Origin: Candidatus Saccharimonadales bacterium | Lineage (GTDB): Bacteria > Patescibacteriota > Saccharimonadia > Saccharimonadales > 2-12-FULL-41-12 | Direction: 5' to 3' | DNA: 64,000 nucleotides | NCBI GenBank assembly: GCA_025451045.1 | Contig: JANWLD010000003.1 | Coordinates: 5,690-69,689, forward strand | Shown here: piece by piece, positions 1 to 9,900 of the stretch | Layout: each line of letters starts with the position of its first letter | Numbering within the stretch: the first letter of the stretch is position 1 | Translations under genes and position numbers: made by a program | The notes under the pieces: model-generated | Told to the model about the DNA's origin: nothing | Database searches by the model: none | Seen by the model: only the letters and a program-made list of their open reading frames with translations

Positions 1-186
1 TACCAAGAGCATCGTCGGGTAGCTATGTGCGGACGGGATAAGCGCTGAAAGCATATTAAGCGCGAAGCCTCCCTCAAGATTAGATTTCCCTATGAGGACA
101 CTGAAAGACCATCAGTTTGATAGGCGCAAGGTGGAAGTGCGGTAACGTATGGAGCCGAAGCGTACTAATAGTCCCATTGACTTTTT
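1..186 (+). rRNA. rrl: 23S rRNA, 3' end (partial)
   Basis: Conserved 23S domain VI sequence (GGATAAGCGCTGAAAGCATA-TAAGCGCGAAGCC, GATAGG...GTGGAAG...GGTAACG, TACTAATAG); 3' end approximate. Confidence 0.95.
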
Positions 187-190
187 ACGA

Positions 191-363
191 CCAGAACAAA
201 CGTGTCGTAACTGCCTGCTTCCGGCTGAGCCGGAACACCGCAGTTACTACTGGCGCATTTCGCAGTTTTCATCTGCGGGACGCAGTCGATGTATTCCCAT
301 ACATCTCCTTTGCGGTTCCTCGATGATAAACATGCAAACTGCATCCAGTCACGTCCGTTCTGG
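191..363. repeat. Long imperfect hairpin element in the 23S-5S spacer (family A, copy 1)
   Basis: Terminal arms CCAGAAC/GTTCTGG, apical GATGTA-TTCCCA-TACATC; core 213-241 matches 30778-30806 at 27/29 nt. Confidence 0.7.
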
Positions 364-488
364 CAAGTCCATGAAAATGGCAAAACGTGTATTTTGGCTA
401 GTTATTTGTGGTTATCATCACAACGCTAATGTTTATTAATTCAGCCTTGTTGGACTTCGTCCAAACGCCTCTAACAGAGGCGTAGAGA

Positions 489-548
489 TTAGCTTTTAGT
501 TATTAGTGTTTAGTTTTCAACTAACTACTAACTACTATTTACTAACTT
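489..548. repeat. Inverted pair of degenerate heptamer tandem arrays
   Basis: TTAGCTT TTAGTTA TTAGTGT TTAGTTT followed by CTAACTA CTAACTA CTATTTA CTAACTT. Confidence 0.75.
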
Positions 549-572
549 CTGCGCTTCGAAAGAAGCGTTTGG

Positions 573-685
573 TCGGTGTCCACAGAGTAGGGGTCCCACC
601 TGTTACCATTCCGAACACAGAAGTTAAGCCCTACATCGGCAACAATACTTGGGTTTTAACCCTGGGAAGATAGCACGATGCCGAA
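573..685 (+). rRNA. rrf: 5S rRNA
   Basis: CCACCTGTTACCATTCCGAACACAGAAGTTAAGC signature; terminal helix TCGGTGTC/GATGCCGA. Confidence 0.95.
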
Positions 686-695
686 TTTTGCGCTT

Positions 696-718
696 AAGCC
701 ACCTTATGGGTGGCTTTT
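696..718 (+). terminator. Putative intrinsic terminator of the rRNA operon
   Basis: AAGCCACC-TTATG-GGTGGCTT followed by TT directly after 5S; further hairpins at about 724-790. Confidence 0.55.
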
Positions 719-807
719 CGCTTTATGAGAGGAGGGGATTCCTCCTCTCATCGCGCCGGGCAGTCGAATAAATCGCCTGCTCGGGCTGCTCACCTCCCAA
801 ACCTTAT

Positions 808-2238
808 TTAATTTAATAGGGTACGAAGACTATCCGAAAAAGTATCTAAAAATGTATCTATCAACTCTTCGTTTTTAGGCGAGGATATTCTAGATAAACC
901 GGCAGCAATCGAGTAGGTTAAGAAGTCAATAGAATTGGTTAAATCCTTATTGTCTGATACCTCTGCAAATACATTCTGGTAAAAAGGATGCTCTGTGTTA
1001 TAGACAATTTTTATCTTTCTACCTAAAGTTTCGTACTCAAAGATTGGTCCTAGTCTTCCCATATTTTTTTTGCTCCAAGTGGCTTCAGCATGATGCCTAT
1101 CTCGCCATTCCGTCGATTCTGAAGAATCTTCAGAAAGAGTGTCGGGCAATAACTTTGATTTGAGCTTGAATGTGTTTTCAGAACTTTCATGGTCTACAGA
1201 GTCTTCTACCTCTTTCGCCGTATCCTTGCTCGCTTGTTGCTTTATAGCAAGAAGCTGAGGTTGAACATGATGGTCGATCCAATTCTTCAGTGTCTCGTCC
1301 AGGCTTTTTATCGAGATTCCATTTTTTGTAAAGGTTACCCCCATGAGCTTATCTAGGCCAGCAGGGAAGTAAATTTCTGCCCTAAATCGGTTAAAGTTAT
1401 TGTGCCTTGTGAAAACTCCTAAGGTTTCACTACGTGCAATCTGCCTGTTATTTCGAAGTAAGTAGAAACCTTGGTTAGGAATGTTTATTCCTTTAGACAC
1501 TGATTCAGTTCTGGAGAGTCGTGGCAAAGCTACAATTTTGAGCCTTACTGGCTCTCCATTAAAGTCTTTACTTTCATCAATTAGAACCATAGTTCGATCG
1601 TCATCACGCATTAAGGGGTCTGATGATTTTACTTCAGTACTTCCAACATAAATCTTCTTTCCTGCACTAATAAACTCTCGATAAGTTTCTGCAAAATGCC
1701 GGACAAGCGTGCTTTTAAATACACTTAAGTTTTTATTTTGTAGCAAGTCAGCATTACTAATGTATATGACTGTGCCAGATCTGCTTCCTCCGACTCGTCG
1801 CAAAAAAGCATTTTTTTCTGTGTCGTTGGATTGTCTGACAACGGCAACGAAATCACCATTTCTCTTTATTTGCTCCACGTCGTGAATAGCAGTCCAAAAC
1901 TGTTCTGCTTGCTTTGTAACAACTACCAATTTTTTGCCCATAGAAATGCTTGCAGTAACAAGGCCCATACCATATTTACCCAAGTCTGATTTTTCATCTT
2001 TTTCTATTTTTGAACCCAGTCTAATCGCCTCTCTTAATGTTCCCTCATTCATCCCTTGGCCGTTATCAGAGACTGTAATTAAGTAGTCGTCGTTAGTTTT
2101 GCCTATGTCTACTCTAACCAAGCTCGCGTATGCGTCTAGTGAATTATCGACTAGATCTGCTATCGAGGAGTAGTTATCATAACCGACTTGTCGCAAGGCA
2201 TCTATTAATTTTGAAGCATTCGGTTTATTATCTTGCAT
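808..2238 (-). CDS. GHKL (HATPase_c_3 / MORC-like) ATPase
   Basis: Bergerat-fold motifs ADLVDNSLDA, VSDNGQGM, LGKYGMGLVTAS, SGTVIYI; S5-like region (QGFYLLRNNRQI, RFRAEI). Confidence 0.85.
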   Translation of the reverse strand: MQDNKPNASKLIDALRQVGYDNYSSIADLVDNSLDAYASLVRVDIGKTNDDYLITVSDNGQGMNEGTLREAIRLGSKIEKDEKSDLGKYGMGLVTASISMGKKLVVVTKQAEQFWTAIHDVEQIKRNGDFVAVVRQSNDTEKNAFLRRVGGSRSGTVIYISNADLLQNKNLSVFKSTLVRHFAETYREFISAGKKIYVGSTEVKSSDPLMRDDDRTMVLIDESKDFNGEPVRLKIVALPRLSRTESVSKGINIPNQGFYLLRNNRQIARSETLGVFTRHNNFNRFRAEIYFPAGLDKLMGVTFTKNGISIKSLDETLKNWIDHHVQPQLLAIKQQASKDTAKEVEDSVDHESSENTFKLKSKLLPDTLSEDSSESTEWRDRHHAEATWSKKNMGRLGPIFEYETLGRKIKIVYNTEHPFYQNVFAEVSDNKDLTNSIDFLTYSIAAGLSRISSPKNEELIDTFLDTFSDSLRTLLN

Positions 2239-2270
2239 TGTAAAAATCCTTTTCTTAAAATATTGACACT

Positions 2271-2381
2271 AAAAAAACCGCAAATCCAAATGCGGCTATG
2301 AAGAATCTAATATATCCATTGTACTCCTTTCGTCCCAACGTGCTATACGCGAGGACTAATTTAAGTACTTACATTATAGCA
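2271..2381 (-). promoter_or_regulatory. Leader of the ATPase gene: extended -10, hairpin, SD plus 7-codon uORF (2319-2296), terminator
   Basis: Minus strand: TGCTATAAT; GTCCTCGCGT-ATAGC-ACGTTGGGAC; AAGGAG-N4-ATG (MDILDSS*); CCGCA-N8-TGCGG-T7. Confidence 0.55.
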
Positions 2382-2383
2382 TG

Positions 2384-2686
2384 TTAGTCAAATCTCTTAT
2401 ATCGAACTGGTCCACGCTTTTGTCTGGCTGGTTTTCGTTTTCTAGGCTGTGGAGGCTTGTTAACAATCTTGTAATTTCCTAAATTAGCACTGGTTGTACC
2501 GGGCGCTGCAGTTAATATATTACCTGTTCCATGTTTTCTATAGTGTCGGGCTTGATCGCGCTTTAAGTCAGCCAATTCTTTTGGAGACAAATCAGTGTGT
2601 TTTCTCCTGCCACGAGTGAGAGGATCGCTTCTTAGCTGTCTGTTTTCCTCCTCGAATGCAGGGATGTATTTTGGATTTTTACTCAT
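2384..2686 (-). CDS. Hypothetical small basic protein
   Basis: 100-aa Lys/Arg-rich ORF with TATAAT 6 nt upstream of ATG. Confidence 0.55.
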   Translation of the reverse strand: MSKNPKYIPAFEEENRQLRSDPLTRGRRKHTDLSPKELADLKRDQARHYRKHGTGNILTAAPGTTSANLGNYKIVNKPPQPRKRKPARQKRGPVRYKRFD

Positions 2687-2778
2687 AGTTTAATTATAAA
2701 CTTTTAAGGCAATTCTTCGAAGAGGGCTTTGTTGCGGACGGGTTTATAATAAGAAGTACTAAGTAGGAGGGAGTTATT

Positions 2779-3207
2779 ATGAAAATGAGTCCAGTGGTGC
2801 ATTTTGAAATGGGGTACAAAGACAAGGCGCGAATGGTTAAGTTCTATCAGACCGTTTTTGGCTGGAAAACCCAGCAGATGGGGCCAGAAATGGGAGAATA
2901 TGTAGTTGCGCAGACTACCGAAACGGATACAGATGGAATGGTTCAAACAAAAGGAGCAATCAACGGAGGTTTTTATCAAAAGACCGACGATCCCGCTTCC
3001 CACCCACCGTCCATAGTTATATCGGTAGATGATATACAAGCTGCTATGAAAGAGGTCGCTAGTGCCGGTGGTACAATTGCCGGAGCCAGGGGTCCAGACG
3101 GCAAGCGAACGCTGGAGCCTCAAGATATCCCGGGTGTTGGCCTGTGGATCTCGATTATTGACCCCGAAGGCAATCGAGTAAGCATGCTCCAGCCAAAAAG
3201 CATGTAA
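2779..3207 (+). CDS. VOC/glyoxalase-family protein
   Basis: VVHFEM...FYQTVFGW, GAINGG, IPGVG...DPEGNRVSM; SD AGGAGG. Confidence 0.9.
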   Translation: MKMSPVVHFEMGYKDKARMVKFYQTVFGWKTQQMGPEMGEYVVAQTTETDTDGMVQTKGAINGGFYQKTDDPASHPPSIVISVDDIQAAMKEVASAGGTIAGARGPDGKRTLEPQDIPGVGLWISIIDPEGNRVSMLQPKSM

Positions 3208-3211
3208 GGCT

Positions 3212-3574
3212 CTATTTTCTCTTTTGAAGGTTGCGTTCTACGCAGGCTTTGGTGATTTTGCGGATTAAATCCAGCGGCAGGGGCTTGCCTAGCGCCAGCC
3301 GGATAGTTCCTTTAGACGTTTCATAACCGGATAACTCCTCTGCAAACTGTTTAATCGGCGCGGAGCCGGGATAAAAGCCGATATGGGTATCATAGCCGGC
3401 AAAATGCAGCAGATTGCCATGAAAGGTGAGGGTCGGTATGCCATAGGCTATCTTTTCTTTGGCTTCGGGAACCTCTTCATTAACGGTTTTTCTGATTTCA
3501 TCCAGTTTTTTTCTAGTCTCACCGGAAAAGTCGGCCAGATATTCATCGATATCCTTATAATTTTTCATTCCCAT
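3212..3574 (-). CDS. DUF1801 / YdhG-like protein
   Basis: IDEYL...EKIAYGIPT...HFAGYDTHIGFYP...SKGTIRL..PLPLDLIRKI. Confidence 0.85.
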   Translation of the reverse strand: MGMKNYKDIDEYLADFSGETRKKLDEIRKTVNEEVPEAKEKIAYGIPTLTFHGNLLHFAGYDTHIGFYPGSAPIKQFAEELSGYETSKGTIRLALGKPLPLDLIRKITKACVERNLQKRK

Positions 3575-3801
3575 AGATCAATTATACATAAAATTTATAG
3601 AAGCCTGTGGAAAACTTTTTATTACGGACAAAATAGTTGTACCAAATACATTATTCAATCAGTAGTGAGAATTTATCCATTTAAGGTGTTATTTTGCACT
3701 TTTTAAAGTGTTTAAGGTAAAAAATGTTGAAATATTAACAATGATTGAATACAAAAAATGACCCAAAACAGAGGGTTTTAACGTCAAAATTAGCGAATAA
3801 A

Positions 3802-3868
3802 TAAGTGTGTCTGAGACACACTTAAACAGATTGACAGTGTCACATTTATGGCCGATAATGAACACTGT
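3802..3868 (+). promoter_or_regulatory. Sigma70 promoter of the giant protein gene with palindromic operator candidates
   Basis: TTGACA(3831)-N17-GATAAT(3854); perfect palindrome TAAGTGTGTCT-G-AGACACACTTA 3802-3824; TGACA-G-TGTCA over the -35. Confidence 0.65.
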
Positions 3869-3911
3869 ATCTACTCAAGATAAAAAACAAACCAAAAACT
3901 AAAACAACAAA

Positions 3912-6900
3912 ATGGCCGCTACAAAAATTAAAAAATGTCAGATGTGTTTAGCCTTGTTCACGGCAACAAGGAAGGATGCTAAGACTTGCTCTGCCACCTG
4001 TCGTAAGCGCTTGCACAGGACATTACAGGCCAATACTGTTCAAGAAAAAGTTGCTAAGGTCGAAAGGGTAGTCAGCGAGGAATTCCACCGCCTGGCAGGC
4101 AGTTTGCTGGGAAACCATGTGGCTTTTGAGCCGCTTTTGTTATCTGACGAGACTGGCAGTATACCGGTAGTAGAGGCGCCACCGGAGACTACCGAAAACA
4201 ACTTAGCTTCGACGGATCCTGTAGTTGCCCCTCCAACATGGGCAGAAGGAGAAGCCCACCAGCTTGCATCGGTAGCTGCGCCGGTTTCTGTAAGTCCTGC
4301 TGCACCTGCTCCGGCACCTGCGCAGCCGGCGCCTACCCAACCCTTACATCAACCGGGTAATGTTTTTACACCTGATTCTGCCGCTCCTCAGGCCAGTACT
4401 ACACCTGTAGCGGCAGAGACCACTACGAATAGTACCAATAGTGACTCTCTGGAATCAGAACAAAAAACAACTTCTAACCAGAATCTGCCAACCGATATAA
4501 CAAACCAAACTATACAGCCAACAGCCACAAACCCATCAAACGAATTAAATAATCAGTTGGGAACAGCGGCGGCCCAGCAACGCGTAGATTTATTCAGTAT
4601 GGCTTCCAGTTCCGGGCCAGTAGCCGTAACAGATAAACAGGCCGATACTTATTCGCCTTTGAATTTCATCAAAGGTATATTTGGGCTTGGAAATTCTGAA
4701 GCTAGCCGCAAACGGCGTAATTGGGCTCTTGGACTGGTTTTACCCCTGTTTCTTATCGGCATAGGCGGCTCGATATTTTTCAGTTTGCAGGAAAAAAACC
4801 ACCAGTTGGCATCAAACCAGCAACAGGCTGAACCATCCGGCCCGGCCAAACCGATTAACTTTAGCGACGGCTATAAATTGTCAACAAACGTACCTCTGGA
4901 AGCCAATCAATCAATAATCATTTCGCCGACCGCTCAGCCGAAAGACCTGCAAAAAGGGCAGATTTTCTTCGATCAGACGGCAAATGAGCTATTTTACTAT
5001 AACGGAACAGAGGTTATAGGTCTGAATCCTTCGACTATCACTATTAACGGCCAAGGCGGCGATGTCGCGCTTGGTTCGGGACTCGGTTTCTCTGGCGGTA
5101 CACTTTCTAACAGCGGCGTAACAGGCATAAACGGCACAGCGAACCAAATAAACGTAAACCATGCCACAGGCAGTGTTACCCTTAGCTTGCCTCAGAATAT
5201 TGGTACCGCTTCGACACCGACATTTGCCGGGCTTAATTTGGCTTCCGCATTGCCGGTTAGCGAGGGCGGCACTGGCGCGACAAGCTTTGCGGCAAACACA
5301 GTTCTTCTTGGCAATGGCTCGGGTGCTTTGCAATCGACCAACGTTGGCTCCACCGGTGAGTGCTTGATAATAGACAGCGGAGGAACACCAACTTTTCAGA
5401 ACTGTGCTAGTGGGGGCGGCGTTTTTGCTGGAGGTTCACAGACCCCGGGAACTTTAACCAAATTTGACACCACAACCAACCAGATAGTTGACTCTCTTGT
5501 CAGTGAATCTGGCAGTACTGTTACGGTAAACGGCGACTTGTCTATAACAGGCACGACCAGCGGTAACGGTTCCGGATTGACCGACCTGAACGCTAGCCAG
5601 TTGACTTCCGGTACCATACCTTCTGCCAGAGTAACTGGAAACTATACCGGCATCACTGGTACAGGTGCTTTAACAACCGGTTCTATAGCTTCTGGTTTTG
5701 GCACTATTTCTACCGGCAATAACATTACTACTAGTGCTACTATACAGGGCGGCGTAGTCAATGCTACCACTACTTTACAACTAGGCGGTACAAACATTAA
5801 CACCGGCGGTACTTTGTCCAATGTAGCTTATTTGGACCAGGACAATACTCTCACCGGGCATAACTTGTTCCAAAACTTCTCTAATTCCACAACAGCATTT
5901 CAAATACAGAATTCCACCGGCACTTCTAACCTGTTTGTAGCTGATACTACAAATACTCGTATAGGTATTGGTACCGCCGGTCCCGGTTATAGGCTGGATG
6001 TCCAAGGCGGAGACATTAACACCAGCGGTATGTATAGAGCCAATGGCTCGCAAATCAGCAGTGCCAACCTGAGCAATGATGCCAATCTGGCCAAAATTAA
6101 TGGCAGTAACATCTTTAGTGCGGCCAATACATTCAGTAGTACGGTAGCAATCCAGGGAGCTAACAGCCTGACACTGGGTACCGCCAGCAATGTCGGCAGT
6201 GTTATTTTCCGGGATGGTGCCAGTGCCAACACCGGCACGCTTCAACTGGAAGGTACTTTAGGCGGCAACGTTACCTACAATCTGCCGACAAGCACGGGTA
6301 CCCAAACTGTCTGTACGATAGAAACCGGCAATTGTGCCGGCTCAGGCTCCGGGGTCACTGGCTCTGGTACTATCAACAAACTGGCTAAGTTTACTGATGG
6401 CCAAGAAATTGGTGATTCTAGCATTACCGACGATGGCTCTACGGTTACTGTATCTGCCAGCCAGGTTATCCAAGGCGCCGCTGGCCTGACTATCGGTGCC
6501 AACGCTGTCAATGGCCAGTTGGTGCTTAAAAACAGCAGTAACGCTAACACCTTGACCCTTCAAAGTGGTGTTACTACCAGTAACTTGACCCTAACTTTGC
6601 CTACGGGAGACGGCTCTAACGGTTACTGTCTGAAGACTAATGGCAGCGGCATATTGGCATTTGCAAGCTGTACCGGCGGACCCGGTGGAGGCGTAACCTC
6701 AGTTAATGCTCTATCAGGTACTTTGAACTTAGAAGGGACAGCAAACCAGATTAGTGTCAGCAGCGCCGGTGATACTATAACGCTATCTTTGCCGCAAGAT
6801 ATTAATATCGGCGGTAATGCTGCCTTTAGAACGATTACCCTTACCGGCGCTGACACTGCCGACAACCTGATAGTAGCCAACGCTCTCAGCGGGGCTACTG

Positions 6901-9900
6901 GTAAGCTGTTAGACCTCAAGGTCAATAATGTAAGTAAAGTTACGATTGATGCCAGCGGTAATATTAATACCGTAGGCCAGTATCAGGTCAACGGCTTGCA
7001 AATCAGCAGTGCCAATCTGAGCAATGATGCCAATCTGGCCAAACTGGACGGAACTGGTCCCCAAACTTTCACTGGCAACAATCTCTTTAAATCTGACTCC
7101 ACAACGGCCTTCCAAGTACAAAACTCGGCCGGCACCTCCAACTTATTTGTAGCTGATACGACGAATACGCGTATAGGTATCGGTACTCCTACACCGGGTT
7201 ATACTCTAGATGCTAATGGGGATATTAACACCAGTGGTGTCTATCGGATTGGCGGTAATACTATCTGTTCGGCTTCCGGCTGTACTGCAACTTCCGGCTC
7301 AGGCAGTTATGTACAAAACGGTACTGTTATGCAGACAGCCAATTTTAATATCCAAAGCGCCGCCGCCGGCTCTGTAACAGCTGTTATTCAAGGGGCCAAC
7401 TCACAGAGCGCTGATTTGCTTCAGCTGAAGACCAGCACTCCGTTTACTGTCATGTCAGTAGGCGCTACGGGCGCTGCTCTATTTAAAAATTCCGCCGATT
7501 CCACCGCTGCTTTCCAAATCCAAAACGCCGGGGGTCAAAGTCTATTCGTGGCCAATACTACAGCCCAACAGATAGCCATAGGCCCAGCTGCCATTCCTGC
7601 TAATGGAGTTCTAACTATTGGCACAAACACCACAGCCACCAGTGGGGGTATCTACTTTGGTACGGATACGAATCTATACCGTTCAGCAGGTGCTACATTG
7701 ACAACGGATACTGCTCTAACGGTGGGAGGCACATTAGCTGTTGCCGGTGGTGTTTCCGGCGGCGGGACAGGCGCATCTGGTGGAACGGGCGGTGGAGCTT
7801 CTGGAGATGATGGTGGTGCGGGAGGTGGCGCTATTGGTACAGTCAACGGCGGAAGTAGTACAGGCATAGATACTGGCATTACTGGTGCTCAGAGTATCGA
7901 TATTTCCGGACTCTTTGCTGTATTAACCAACGTGGGAGGCTTTCCTACTACCAGTCCTGGTGCTGGTAGTCCAACCGGAAGTGGTGTAACTGCTAATATA
8001 AACCATGGTGGTAGTGCTACCGGATTTGGTTGTGGCGGCGGCGGCGCTGGCTTCTATGGAGGCAATGGCGGTAATGGATTATACGGAGGTGGTGGTGGAG
8101 GAGCGGCAGGCTTCAGTGCTACTAACATGACAGGTGGCGCAGGCGGCCAAGGAGTAGTTGTTATAAGTCCTGTCGGTGGCACTAATGTAGTTAAAACCTC
8201 TGGAAGTTCTTATACTGTACCTGCGGGTATTACAACTATCAAAGTCTGGGCTATCGGCGCGGGTGGTGGTGGTGGTGGAGCTACCGACATTGACCCAAGT
8301 TCGGGGGGCGGCGGCGGCGCTGGTGGAGTTGCCTATAGAACTTTTGTAGTTGTACCAGGCAATACCATTTCCTATAGTTTAGGAACTGGAGGAGCAGGAG
8401 GAATCGACACTAATAATGGAACGGATGGAGGCAGTACTACTTTCACCGTAGGGGCAACCACAATCACGGCGAACGGCGGCGCAGGAGGCAAATATAATAA
8501 TGCAGCTACAAATAACGGAGGCACCTTTTCTAGTGGAAATACCGGTTCGGTAGTAGTTAACGGCGGCCTTACCGTTACAGGAAATACAACACTATTCCAG
8601 AACTATACTAACTCCACAACAGCTTTCCAAGTTCAGAATACCGCGGGTACTAACATTTTCAATGTTGATACAACTAACTCAAAAATTGGTACTGCCAATA
8701 CCACTGTTGCTTCTACTGATTCAGCCGCTCTAACCATTAAGTCTGGTGATGCCAGCGGTAGCACATCAAACTCTGGTGCTGTTACGATTGATTCCGGCAC
8801 GGCCACTGGCACGGCAGGTAACATAAGTATCGGTACCGGCGCATATGCCCATAATGTCACCATAGGTAACACTACTGGTAGCTCAGCCGTGACCATCCAA
8901 GGCGGCACTGGCGCTATAAATATCGGCACCCAAGCTGTAGCCGACACTATAACTATTGGCAATAGCACCGGCGCTAGCTCGGTTGTTATAAACAACGGTA
9001 CTGGTGCCTTGAACATCGGAACAAACGCCATTGCCCATACTATTACACTGGGCAACAGCACTGGCGCTACATCTATTGTCGCCAACTGTGGCACTGGTGC
9101 CTGTAGCTTCGGTACCAATGCTATAGCCCACACTACGACGGTGGGTTCATTAACCGGTGCTGCCACCACCACGATCCAAGGCGGTACCGGCGGTGTCAAC
9201 CTTGGCACCGGCGGCATAGCTAACACCATTCAGATCGGTAACACTACTGGCGGTGTGGCCCAGACTATCAATATCGGCAATAATGGTACCGGCGGTTCCA
9301 CTAACACCGTAGTCATAGGCTCAACCATTGCAGGAGCCACAACATTGCAAAGCGCAGGAGGAGTGTCAATAACTACTCTTGGCTCTGCTGATACAGCGAC
9401 CTTCTTGTGCCGCAACAGTAGCAACATTATAGCTACCTGTACTTCTTCTGGTACATCTTTTAACCAGAGTGGCAACAGTTTCGGCGCCACAGCTACATTG
9501 GGTACCACTGACAATAACGGCCTGAACATAATAACCAACAGTGCCACCGTGGCCAGCCTGAGCAATAGCGGCGCCGCTCTCTTCAAAAACGCCTCTAACT
9601 CAACAGCCGGTTTCCAGGTACAAAACAGTTCGGGCAACGAACTTCTAACAGTCGATACTACTAACAGCAAGATTATATTGGGCAAAGCCAATACGGTGAA
9701 TGGTACCATTGACTTCAAGAGCAGCAGCTCGGCCTATACCGTTACCTTGCAAGCTGGCGCGACTGGCTCTACCAACCCTAGTTTCACGTTGCCGACAGCT
9801 GATGGCACAACCGGTCAATGTTTGCAGACCAATGGTAGCGGCGTGCTATCATTTGGCGCTTGTATTGGTGTCGGTACAACGGGGACATTACAGCAATCTT

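Noticed and set aside
117..439. Short ORFs overlapping the 23S end and the rRNA spacer
   Set aside because: They overlap rRNA and a structured repeat and have no protein-like features; not an intervening-sequence protein.
2324..2370. Possible hammerhead ribozyme (GTCC...GGAC-GAAA on the minus strand)
   Set aside because: The required CUGANGA core before stem II is absent.
3580..3800. AT-rich stretch with DnaA-box-like 9-mers (e.g. TGTGGAAAA near 3607) as oriC
   Set aside because: Only one good box, and no dnaA or dnaN nearby.
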